Part shown: positions 1 to 25,143 of the stretch, piece by piece
Numbering within the stretch: the stretch's first letter is position 1
Layout of the letters: every line of letters begins with the position of its first letter
NCBI GenBank assembly: GCA_040954595.2
Contig: CM082594.2
Location: forward strand, 5,689,319 to 5,753,318
DNA from: Balanoglossus misakiensis
Taxonomy: Eukaryota > Animalia > Hemichordata
Length of the DNA: 64,000 nt
Direction: 5' to 3'
Notes under the pieces: generated by a model
What the model was told of the DNA's origin: nothing
Databases searched by the model: none
What the model saw: the letters and a program-made list of their open reading frames with translations, nothing else
Translations under genes and position numbers: made by a program

Positions 1-72
1 ATGATTCACCCATTGGGGGCGCTCTTCTATTCTACCAAGTCGAATCTCGGTCCATTTTCGTCCCTCTCTTTG

Positions 73-2030
73 TTATTGCTTAAACAGTGACTCGCAGAAT
101 GCTTCAAAATCCTTCTGGGTGCTTTCAAATTCTTCTTTTGTTGCATCCTGGAAATCAAAGTAAAATGCATCTGAGAAAGTTGTAGTCAACAGTGTATATA
201 TATAATACTGGACCTGATATGTTATAGGGAGAATGCTGTCATGTGACATAGACTATGTTTGCTGATAGGGAGAATGCTGTCATGTGACCTCTTACCTGAT
301 GTGTATCAAGCCAGTGTTGCAGCATACACTTCTGCAGAATAATCTTCTTCAGAATTTCATCATTACCCGGGTTTTTCACGCTGTCTATGCTCCTCTGCAA
401 ATTATTCCGCGAAGAAATTCTTGTGGTCTCTATCGCATCTTCTTTAAGATGCTGTTTCATTTCTTGTCTCATGTTTTCCAATTCGTCATCTGAGAAGCCT
501 GCATGAAAAAATAAATGAAGGTCATCTGAGATTGTAGCTTTGATCAAGCATGTCCACGCATATTGTGAGTGCCTCAGTACAACACATTTTGTGACTGCAA
601 AAAGGAGTTTATGAAGAACTAACCAATTTTGTTGCCAACCGTGACCTCACTACTGGTGCCAGAATTCTCATGGACGGCCGATATGTGGAGGACGCCATCA
701 CTGGCCGGAATGTCAAAGGTCACGGCAATCTTCGGAACACCACTTGCAGCTTGTGGAAGACTGTGTAATTCTAACTTGGCAAGAAGATTCTGAAATGCAT
801 AAAATTTTATTATGAAAAACGCCCAATAACAATTATTAAAATAAGGCATGATGTTTGTCAAGTTAATTGTAGCAGAGGCAAGATTATTCCATGAACTCCT
901 AAAAAATGTTTTTATCGTGCGATACTTACATTATCTAAAGTCTGAGTGTTCTCTCCTTCATAGACTTTAATAGGTATGGTCAGTGGTCGTGTGGACAGCG
1001 GCGTTTTGTTGCTTTGATGTTTGTTGTGGTGACAGTTGTGACGTTCGTGTTCTTCGCGCTGCTTCAGCATCATCTCCGCTTGACAGTCCGGCACCAGTCC
1101 GGCAGGGTTTTCGGAAAACGTCGTGAACTTCTGGCAGTTTTTGATCGGGACGCTCGTGTTTCGCTTGATGACCGACGCCATCGCGCCCTGGACCGCCTCG
1201 ACGCCGAGGGTGACCGGCGCCGCGTCCACCAGAAGAATTTCTTGCAGGATCTCCGACCGATCGCCGCTCAATATGGCCGCTTGTATGGCTGTGTAGAAAT
1301 GTCATCAAATTAGCATAAAAACAGAAACTGTTTTTTCACTTTCTTACAACTTGAGTGAATAGTCTAACAGTCATAAATGAAGCATCCTGACCTGTGAGGG
1401 CGCTGTAGACACAATGCTATGTATCAACTACCATTTATGTACAGGTGTCTGTGAAGGATATAGCATCTCGAGACACCTGTAACCTGTACATACCTCCAAT
1501 CACAGGAAATCTTTGGGTGATATGTTTGAGTGACAGGTATTCACTTGGCTGTTTCATTGGTAGTACTTAAAAGTTGCCTCACAAATTTTGGAAATACAAT
1601 AAAAACTGCTTTTAATTTCTGGAGAGAGAAACCATTAGGAATGAAAATGTCCTAACCTGCACCGCAAGCTACAGCTTGATCGGGATTGGTAATCTTTTTC
1701 AGATCCTTGCCGCCAAGGAATTCCTGCAGCATGGTCTGGATTCTGGGAATAGCAGATGCACCACCAACAATCAGAATCTCATCCAGTTTTGACTTCCTGA
1801 GCTTGGCATCTTGAATCGCTTTCTTGACCACGTCGAGAGTTCTCTGGAACCGGTCAGAATTCAGTTCTTCAAACTGGGCTCGGGTAACCGATGAATGGAA
1901 GTCTATGTCTTCATTGAAAGATTCAATGTCTATACTAGAGATGGGGGGAAGACAAGAATTACTGTGAAGTGTGAATCAGGGAGAGAGCTTCAGAAAAACA
2001 GGCTTAGAATATTAACACACTTTGAGGTTG

Positions 2031-2073
<43 letters not shown>

Positions 2074-3405
2074 TGATATCGTCAAAACCAACGTTCTTTA
2101 TTTTATGGAAAGCAAAGAAAGTGACAGTTACAGAGAGTAAATCACAAAGCTGCAAGTAAAAAAAAAACGACCTCACATTACCTTGCCGTGTCTGCAGAAG
2201 ACAGGGCCTTCACAGCATGTTCACAGGCAGACCTCAGCTTTGCCAATGAACGCCAATCACTTTGTATGTTTTTGCCATGCCTGTCTTCAAATTCTTGAAC
2301 GAAGTGGTTGACTAGACTCTCCACAAAGTCTTCGCCTCCCAGGCCGATGTCACCTGCAGTGGACTTGACCTCAAAGATGCCATCATCAACGTTCAGAATG
2401 GATACGCTGAGACTGCCGGCCCCAAGGTCAAAGACTAAAATGTTACGCTCTGTTTCTTTCTGTTATAAAGCAAGAAGAAAATAATGAAAACAAGTTAAAC
2501 CTTTGCCATGCATGATTTCACATTTATATTAACCATAGCTAATTTCTAAAACAGTAATTGTACCTACCCTGTCCTGGAATCCATATGCTACACCAGCAGC
2601 AGTGGAGGCAGTAATGGTCCAGACTTTGTCAAAACCAGCAATACTTCCTGCATCTTTTATGCTCTGTCTCTGTTTATAGGTAGAGCCTGCTGGAACACTG
2701 ACTACCGCAGAATCTACTTTCTGTGTTCAACAGAGAAGAAAAAAAATGTCTTTTGTAATGATTCCAGAGATGGTAAAAAGTTTTCTTTCAGTCAAATGAT
2801 ATATTTTACTTGATCTTATGTTACCTTATTAAGATGTGCTTCAGCATTTCCTTTCAACTTTGCCAATGTCAGGGCGAAGATCTCTTCAATCCTGAAAACC
2901 TTGGTAACACCTCTTTGTGTGATACGAACGCATTGCCTGCCATGGTCGTCTACAAATTTCCATGGCAACGGAGCTGTAAATGATGAATCTCCTCCTTTAT
3001 CACCGATGAGGCGTTTGGTGTCTGAAAGATAATTTTGTTTCAGAAACTGTAATGCTCATTATGAAATATATGTACATAACACAGAAGCTGGCCACAGAGA
3101 TTGAAAATTTGATATCGTCACCTATGCTTGACAGCATGCATCCAACAATGTCTATACCCACAATCACAATATGCAAATTGATGATACTTACTGAATGCAG
3201 TATTCTCTGGGTTCGCTGTGACCTGATTCTTTGCTGCGTCGCCGACAACGCAACCATTCTCAGTAAAAGCCACGTAGCTCGGCGTTGAGGTGCCGCCCCA
3301 GTCGTTGGGAATGACATCTACTTTTCCGTCCTGGAATACACAGGCTCTGGAATTGCTTGTTCCAAAGTCAATTCCAATGCTGGTGGCTCTTTCAGTAGCC
3401 ATCAT
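73..3405 (-). CDS. Divergent HSC70/HSP70-family protein, 9 coding exons, ~640 aa
   Basis: Exons 3192-3405, 2825-3021, 2568-2720, 2182-2459, 1657-1934, 930-1288, 624-789, 296-498 and 73-147 are joined by GT-AG introns and stay in frame (1923 nt). HSP70 motifs include [55 protein letters not shown] and VYEGE. It ends ...AFCESLFKQ* with no EEVD. Confidence 0.93.
2035..2072. repeat. (TG)n microsatellite in an HSP70 intron
   Basis: Direct TG run. Confidence 0.95.
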
Positions 3406-3589
3406 TTTTCTGCTGGGAAAACAATAAGTAGGGTCTATCAGAATCTAGACAGTCCTAAGTACGACTAGATTGTACGACATTACAACCTTATACTTCTACA
3501 TCTATGGTCTTTCCCACTGTGACATAATTGGTGCCATTATTCTGTATTTCACACTAATTTATCCACAAATAGTACTAGCTAAAGAATAG

Positions 3590-3822
3590 ATGAGTGGATG
3601 GATGATAGATGGATGGATGGATGGATGAATGAATGAATGAATGAATGGATGGATGGATGGATGGATGGATGGATGGATGAATGAATGAATGAATGAATGA
3701 ATGAACGAACGAACGAATGGATGGATGAATGGGTTGTTGGATGGATAATGGATGGATAGATCGTATGATGATTGATGGATGCGTTACAGGGTGGATGGAT
3801 GGATCATGGATGGATGACTGAA
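3590..3822. repeat. Compound (TGGA)n/(TGAA)n tetranucleotide repeat
   Basis: Direct repeats that explain the HPSI-rich ORF 3575-3913. Confidence 0.92.
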
Positions 3823-5005
3823 GATGAAGGGAGGAAAGAATGGCCCACACAGGCACTTGAGGTACGTCCGGATTTGGCGGATAGTCTCTAGAATAATTTG
3901 GGGTAGTACTCATGTGTATGGCATCAAACTGGAAAAACTTGTTGCATTACACACGCGAGTACTGCCCAAAATTAATATAGAGACTATACTACCCGTGCCC
4001 ATATTATCCGCTTGTGCATGGACGTCCATGCATAGACTATGGCCGACGAACGTTGCCCTTGAGCAAAGTTGAAACTCACCGCCGCTCGTTTCCACTCAGC
4101 CAGGCTTCACATTACAACCCGCTAGTATTCTTCGGCTTAAAGTTTTGTACACACGAACAGCAAACATCAACAGGAAACTCAGAAGGGAACAATGCAACCG
4201 AACAAATTTCCAGCATGCACAAAACAGCAAACGGCAATATCACTGCTGACCTTTCACCTCACCAAAGTTCAGAGGTCATATTCTACGCGCACGCGTACCC
4301 AAGTGGCCTACGCGTTTTTCGACGCGCTTATCACAGGTATCGAGTTTCCCATAAATCACCTGTTAATTACTTAATCTGTGTATCCAATCAAGGGATTTAA
4401 AGTTGATAAAATAAACATATGTGAACCTGTACTGGCTTTAAACAGTTACACGAACTACCGGACGTGGGGGTAACACAGATAAAAAAGACAAGTACAGAAA
4501 TTGTTCAGCAAGTATATTATTATTAAACGTTTATTGAAAAAAAATATGTAGATAGGAACTTCTCCGTCGTTTATTACATTGTTAGTATGTTAGTAACATG
4601 ACCAGAAACTACGACACCGAATCTTATCATTTAATAGAGTATATTATAATAATTAACGTAATATTCAATTCCAATAGCTACGACACATCCGTTTCGTACA
4701 AACTATTCGTTGAATATTGAATGATCAAAATTTTACGCTTGTAAATATAAATATATCACACATAGAGTCAATTAAAGTTAAGTTTCAATTCAAATAGATA
4801 CGACGACAAACACACTCTTTCTAGAACCGAACATTAAAACATATTGTATGAAGTATTTTCTCATAAATTGAATAATCGAAATTTTACGCTTGTATGCAAA
4901 AGATAGTAATAGTACCACCCAGCAGCTACATGGACGTAATTGAATAACACTGTAAGTCGACTTTTTTTCAGGATATAGGTACTTCTGCAAAGACAAGTAA
5001 ACGCA

Positions 5006-7539
5006 TCATTTTTCTTGATCTTCAGGGGCTTGTTTCATTCTTTGCAAAAAGCGCTTGATTTTTTGATCGGCAACAAACGCCAAGAACAGAAACGTGCCCT
5101 GCAGAGAATTGAAAATTATCACGAAGAAACTCAGAACTTCGTTGTCCAGGAAGGTTTCAAAGAGACCGATCAACCAGGACAGACCCATGATGATGAACGT
5201 CTTGACGCAGCAGGTGATGTGCCTCCTCCAGCCGCCCAGTTTACTCCTGGAGGTGACGCTGTCGTGGAGGCACTGGTACGTTGCTATGGCGGTCAGGATG
5301 TAGCACGCGGTGTTGAAGACCAGCATCAGCGCGATGGGACAGATGAAGAGCACCAGCAGGGCCGTTGGATTGTGGAACCAACAGACGCGGTGGCTCCCGT
5401 CGCCGATGTCGTACACGCCGCGATCGAGAGTGAAGTCGAGGGACACGGACACCCCAACGACGACAGCCGGCAGCAGCCATCCGCAGAGACAGTAATACAG
5501 GGACCTCCTGTCGGTCTGCGAAACAGTGAGGGACGTGTTGATGGACCTGAAGGTGCGACAGATGTCGAAACTCACCAAGGCCATCCAGAAGAAAGTGCTC
5601 AGCCAGGTGTAGTGCAGCGACACCGCCAACGGCAAGCACAGTTGGCGGAATTCGTTGAGCTTCATGCCGGCCACAAAGACAGTCTGCGCCAACAGCATCG
5701 ATATCACCAGCTGCAGAATTAGCCTACCGGGGAAAGTGCGAAGGGAAGCGTCAACACAGAACATGGTGACATGCACTGTCAGGCAGACTATTGAGAGCGT
5801 GGCACACGAGACTGTCAACCAGGACTGCCATGTGCCACTCCCGGACCGAGACCGAGCCGGACACACATAAGCCAGGGATCCATTGCTTAGGATTTGGTAT
5901 TCGCGGGTTTGAAACTTTGCGCCGCCGATGTCATAAAACAGAACACTATCGCCGATGTAAAACTCCAACTTTTCCAGTAGCAGACCCCCCTGGGCTCCGC
6001 AGCGCAAAGTGATATTCAACCAGGGGGTGTGGTTGGACGGGAGTCCAAAAGAGGCGCTGTCATTCGCACTTTTGGCCAATGACGTGTTACCTGGCAAATC
6101 GGGGCCAGAGGGAATGTTTTCTTTACGTGCAGCAGAATAAGGCAGGGTCACGCACTGAAGTTGGGAGGGGTCAAATACGGTATTTGCCGAGCAACGCATT
6201 TGACGTGACGCGACTACCATGTCCATGGGGCCCAGGGTAACCTCTGTGCCCACCGCGCCGGTAGTTGTTACATCGAGCAAAATTCTCAGGGGGTAGTGCA
6301 ACTTTTTGCGATATTTCGGCAGAGTTAGGCCACAGCGGTGATCAGCAACATTAAGATTATGACAATTTGCGCATCTCTGGTTTCTGTATATGGTTGGGGA
6401 GCGTTTATCTTGAATAAGCGAGAACGACAACTGGCACTGGCGCGTGTCGTTCACATATTCTTCATAGTCGTCATACAGAGACCGATTGCAGTAATCTATA
6501 TACTTAGCACAGTATCGCGTCACCTCCGCCAACACGTCCCCTGCATTGACGACAAGGTGACACCCCCCGTGTTTCGACAAATTGTTCGCTCTTGCTATGA
6601 TTTCTTCTAGTTGTATGCCCTCTTCCATGACCGAGTCGTATATGTTCTCACATTCCCATCCCATCTGCCACATCTGCACGTCCGCCTCGTCGACCCCGTT
6701 GCACTGGGCGCAGAAGATGTTGCGAAAGACCAGCCCCTCTTGGCTTGCTGCTGGGATAACCTCGAACGAGAAGCTGGCTGTGTGGGAGAGGGGGGGAGGG
6801 AGGAAGAAAAGGAGAGAGAGAGAGAGAGGGGGGGGGATAGAGAAGGGAAAATAAACGTGAATATGTTAGCTTCTTTCAGATTATTACTTTGGGCACGTTT
6901 GCCAGGAATAAGATTGTGCCATCTCCGCACAACACTCGGATCTCATGTCTTTTCCTACGTCTGTTGTGTTAACAAAAGTCAAGTAGTAATTTACACATGC
7001 ACGTAAACAATGGCAAAACAACCAGAAGTTAAATCTATAATATGTTTCGTCCCTTTAAATAGTCGGCCTAATGGTGGAGGGATTGACTTACTAAAATTGA
7101 ACGCAGTCTTCTCGCACAAATCTCGTATGTGGTCATCCTCCCACGTGTCTGGGCAGCTTTGTTTCAGCCATACGCCGACATTCCCGCCAAAGACGCTTGC
7201 GCACACATATCCATCATCGAGAGAGGTGGACGACGTGTTATTACCACCTGGTGAACTGCTTTCGGTGCGGTTTCCGCCCAGACACACGTCCGCATAGTCG
7301 TCACAACAGTCGGCAAAATACGAACATTGGGGATCGCAGTAGCAGCTGAGTCGCGCGTCGTGTCCAGCGGTCGAGTTGCACCCCGCATGACCATGACCAC
7401 AGGAATCGACCCTACCATGAAACCAAGTCACGCAAACGTCGGATGCCTCCGCCGACACGTTGTGCCGCTGGCTTGCTAGAAGAAGAATCGCCAGGGAGAC
7501 AGCTGCGCGAACAACGCACACAGTTTGCCCGAGTTCCAT
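5006..7539 (-). CDS. Somatomedin-B/Cys-rich ectodomain 7TM receptor (secretin/adhesion-like, Methuselah-like class), 2 coding exons, ~739 aa
   Basis: Exon 7092-7539 encodes a signal peptide and the SMB motif CYCDPQCSYFADCCDDYADVC. It splices in phase 1 to exon 5006-6777, which has FRNIFCAQCN and YRNQRCANCH repeats and seven hydrophobic helices with class-B motifs (HYTWLSTFFWM, GWLLPAVVV, CWF, MGLSW, FNSLQGTFLF). Confidence 0.88.
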
Positions 7540-8248
7540 TCCCCTGCAAATGCATAGAATATTTCACGTATATAGGTGTAAGAAGCAGTTGAAGTTTCAT
7601 GATGAACTGGCAAAACACCGCTAACAAATCTACAACTTACACCAACAGCGGCACTGGCCAACTATATTTCATTGATGCCGGGCAAACGTAGAAGGGGCGT
7701 ATAAGCTCACTAAAACGAAAGCAAAACGTCTTTTTCCTTATCTAAATGATGCATGCATTGTGATACCATGTGAAATTGGTGATTGAAGCTTTATACAAGA
7801 AACCAGTAACTCTACATCTGAGTAACACCTCCTACAGAATTTCCAATGAAATCCACAGCCTTCCTTTAATAGCATGAGAACGTGTATCGTTTTGAAGTCC
7901 TCATTTTACGAGTGGAAGTCACTGGAGAAAGTCTGTAACGGTTTTATATGACTTCTGCCATAAGGGTATCCCACCTGAGGACTCTACTGATGATACACTG
8001 TTTGAAACCTCGATAATCACGTGTTATAGAGAGTCAAACTACCGAAGGCAAGGACTTATACAAGTAAAGGTTTAAACACCAGGCTTCCAGTCAAAATCTC
8101 TTGATCCTGGGGCCTCCACTACTTTGTTTGTGAAGGCGTGATTTTAAGAAAGACGTCATGGGATGAAGTTGCAGGTGAGTAAAGCAACGATAATGCCGCA
8201 AGAGTGGCATTTCTCACACAGCACAGAAATGAAATCTCTCTCTCTCTC

Positions 8249-8250
<2 letters not shown>

Positions 8251-8326
<76 letters not shown>
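8251..8326. repeat. (TATC)n microsatellite
   Basis: Direct repeat. A (GA)n run also occurs at 8444-8468. Confidence 0.95.
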
Positions 8327-8815
8327 AGAAGACGGCATCTTTCACTAATTTTCAAACTTGAGAACGGTGAAAATTCTAGAGCATAATTTTCATTACGAAA
8401 CCCTTAATTATTAGTAGGAACATATACTATAGTGTAGCTACCTAGAGAGAGAGAGAGAGAGAGAGAGAACATGTAATTCTTCAGAAGAAAGTGTCATTTT
8501 ACTTATATAAGAATGAGACATAGGTACATGCAAAAATGAAACGTGTATAAGAAATACCCCATTACCTCTCGTATCGTATCTGCCAAGGATCTTTGTCCGG
8601 TCAACCTTGTATACAGCGCTACCAACTTCAGTTCTTCTTCTTGTCTGAGTGGGTTTCTTCAGGTGATTGTCATATACGCTGATTTTTTCGATGCATTTCT
8701 TGTCGTCACGTGATGGGTGTGGCGTTACCACGTGAGCCAAGCGAAGAAAATTAAGGTCTAAGTTGTTTGGACGAACGAGTTGTGGCCATTTGAAAATGAC
8801 AGTCACATAGCCAAT

Positions 8816-8912
8816 CACCGTGCAGAGCTTGTAGCGGATAATTCTAACCTAGCTAGGAGGTCCGACTGACAGCCAGTCCCCCTAGCTAGGTTATCTACAA
8901 TCTCTGTACGGG
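8816..8912. mobile_element. Short palindromic (foldback/MITE-like) element
   Basis: Imperfect inverted arms ccgtgcagagcttgtag...taacctagctagg and cctagctaggtta.ctacaatctctgtacgg. Confidence 0.55.
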
Positions 8913-10293
8913 GAATGTCACACAGCCAATAAGATTCAACGTTTCAGGTACACACATAATGACACATTAATTAATATTTATTCAAGTTTTAGATAAATTG
9001 TCAAATATATGCAAAGTAGTACGGTGGACATGTCATTTGCTATCCATTATTTATTCACTACATCATAGATATGGAAACGGTAACAATTCTATGCAGTATT
9101 GAGAAAGTTGTAACATTCCTACAAGCTTGACAGACCCGACACAAACATGGTCATAATTTCACAATATGGACTAACGACACAATCTTCTGAAAGTTTTACC
9201 ACTGAGCTTTATATACAAAAAATTTAAGTAAAAAAGATTACGGGATTAGATATAGGGTATTTGATAAGATTGTGTTTGCAGTGATCAAAATTGCCATTCT
9301 GTACAGCAAATATTGCGTCATATAAAGCCGGCCGGTGCATCACGAATAATTAACATATGGCAAGAATATACAAAATTGTAAATACAAAAAAAAACAAAAA
9401 AAAAAAACGAGTTCCACCATCAAAATGAATCAGTTTTGGAAAGTTCACTGCACTCGGCTGTTCTCAATGCTGATGAGATGAAGATATTACAGTACTCACT
9501 TGACAATCTGAAGTAAACAAATGAATTTCTAGCCTGTTGTATATCTAACCTTGTTTCTTCACCCTACCAACTCTATGACAACAACAACAACAAAAATAAT
9601 CTACTGTGAACAAAATGTAAATGTTGGGATATAAAGACATTTCTGCATACTTGAGGTTACTTGTACATGTATTTGAAAAATTAGTGTACTATTGATTTCA
9701 AAATGCCAGCATTTTGAAATGGATTTAACAATTCATTTGATACTTAATTTATAGGTACACATATTGCAAGTTTCGAAATCTGCTTTGAAAAACTTGGAGG
9801 AAGAATGTATGACAATTATCAAGAATTATTTAATATATCCTTATCAAAGATTATTGGATATGTAATTATATACCTGGGCAAACTTTTGCATATTTGTTCT
9901 TCTTCACAAAAGAGTTCATTTAGGAAGGCATCATTGATAGGGTGTTCATTTCAGGGTTTAACCTGCATGATTTTGGAAGATGGCATAATTAGTCTTCTAT
10001 TTGCCTAAAATACAATTTACCATGATAAACTGGTCGGCCCGTCCTTCGCAAAAAAGGTAGGATGTACCAACATGAGGCTTGCCATAGGGTCAGAGACAAG
10101 TTTTTTTTTTAGATCAAGGTGTATAATTCTAATAATTGCACTGACTATAACATTCGGATTGCATGCTATGAAATTAACTCTTTTTGGACTGATACATAAT
10201 TTTGAAGGTTTTTGAGTCAGGTCACTTGGAGTCACTCTCCATTCCAACGATAACCAATAGAAATCTTGGACCCCTCCAGTGCCAGTGGGAAAT

Positions 10294-10358
10294 TAGTCTC
10301 GGTTACCCAGACGCCTTTGCTCATCGGAAGAGCAAAGGCGTCTGGGTAACCGAGACTA
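10294..10358. repeat. Perfect 29-bp inverted repeat with 7-nt loop (palindromic MITE-like)
   Basis: tagtctcggttacccagacgcctttgctc (10294-10322) is the exact reverse complement of 10330-10358. Confidence 0.9.
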
Positions 10359-11437
10359 GTGGGAAACGGGAGTGAAAAGGTGGTGGAGCAGCCATGTTGG
10401 GACGTGGAGAGCGCCCTCACACATCACTTCAGCCATATTCTTTCTTATAATTTCCAAAGCTCTTGATCCTCAGATACCTTCCTTTTGAACTGTCTCGATT
10501 TAACCATCATATACATCTAGCAACGGTTTTTAAAAATATATGGCGGCAAATTCAGCAAGCTTATTTTGCTACATATATATAAAATTGTCCTATAACTTAT
10601 GTTGAAGCATAAATAGGGTGTTCAACATAAAATACAGCTTTTCCTACAAAAATATGTCACTTTATGGAAAAATAATTAATGCATATATTTGTGACACAAA
10701 AATATGGCAGTAAATGTGAAAATTGTACAAAATTCTCACAGCTCTGAAAGCGCTTTGAGTTATGGCAAGTTTTCTTTTCTCCTGGAAGCTGTTCATAATT
10801 TCATGATTATTGCAGCACAGAATATCAAAGGATTATAATCTTCTCTAATTTACATAATTTGCTTATATATGGTTCAAAGGGTTTGTCTAAGTCTTCTCAT
10901 GCCGATGTGGTGGTACGTTATTTTTGCATGGCCATCCAAGTGAAAATCTGTGAATGGACAGACGTCCAATTTCCAAGATGTTGTGTCTAGATTTGGACAT
11001 ATACATGTACCTTTACCACATGCATCTGAAAATTTAAAACAATTTACCCTTCCATTATAAATATATACATCTGTCAAACCTTGGACTGAAACTTGTACAA
11101 TGATTTCCTAACATGCTTCAATTCAAGAGTGGACATTAAAACTCACCATTCATGATATGAATTCTTATCAAATTTATACAAAAAAAACCCCACAGCTGTC
11201 TTAGTGATTTTGGTCAAAAAACTTTATCGATATCTGCATTAAGGTTTTGAATATGTATTATTAGTTCCTGTGCTTCAAGTACACCAATAGCGAGCATCTA
11301 ATAACTGCAGTACTATCCATCTAGCCAATATACTCTGATGTCAACAAAGCCAATAAAAGACAAACATTCTCTTGAAAGACAGCAGTAGCGATGTGCTCCC
11401 CCCCTCTGATTTAACAGCCTCTGGAAGTGTCCCAGTC

Positions 11438-11525
11438 TTAACCTCTCCACCATCATGGTTTGATCCAAATTCATTGTTTTCTATGGTAAATTTGGACCTC
11501 TATACAGGGAAAAGGGGTGAGAGGG

Positions 11526-11529
<4 letters not shown>
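11438..11529. mobile_element. ~90-bp TTAA-flanked MITE with piggyBac-like ends. Related copies at ~16362-16456, 22147-22240, 22790-22875, 23088-23175, 36803-36887 and 38143-38233
   Basis: Termini TTAA-cctctccacc...ggtgagaggg-TTAA. The core cattgttttctatggtaaa(t/g)ttggacctcta..gggaa.(t)gggg(t)gaaagggtta recurs in both orientations, with partly degenerate copies. Confidence 0.72.

Positions 11530-25143
<13,614 letters not shown>

Noticed and set aside
224-289. 24-bp direct duplication (atagggagaatgctgtcatgtgac) in the last HSP70 intron
   Set aside because: Only two copies, consistent with a local slippage duplication and not a CRISPR-like array.
4070-4450. Heat-shock elements upstream of the HSP70-like gene
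   Set aside because: No convincing array of three alternating nGAAn units was seen.
5015-5722. 235-aa plus-strand ORF
   Set aside because: Antisense shadow of the GC-rich 7TM exon with no recognisable motifs.
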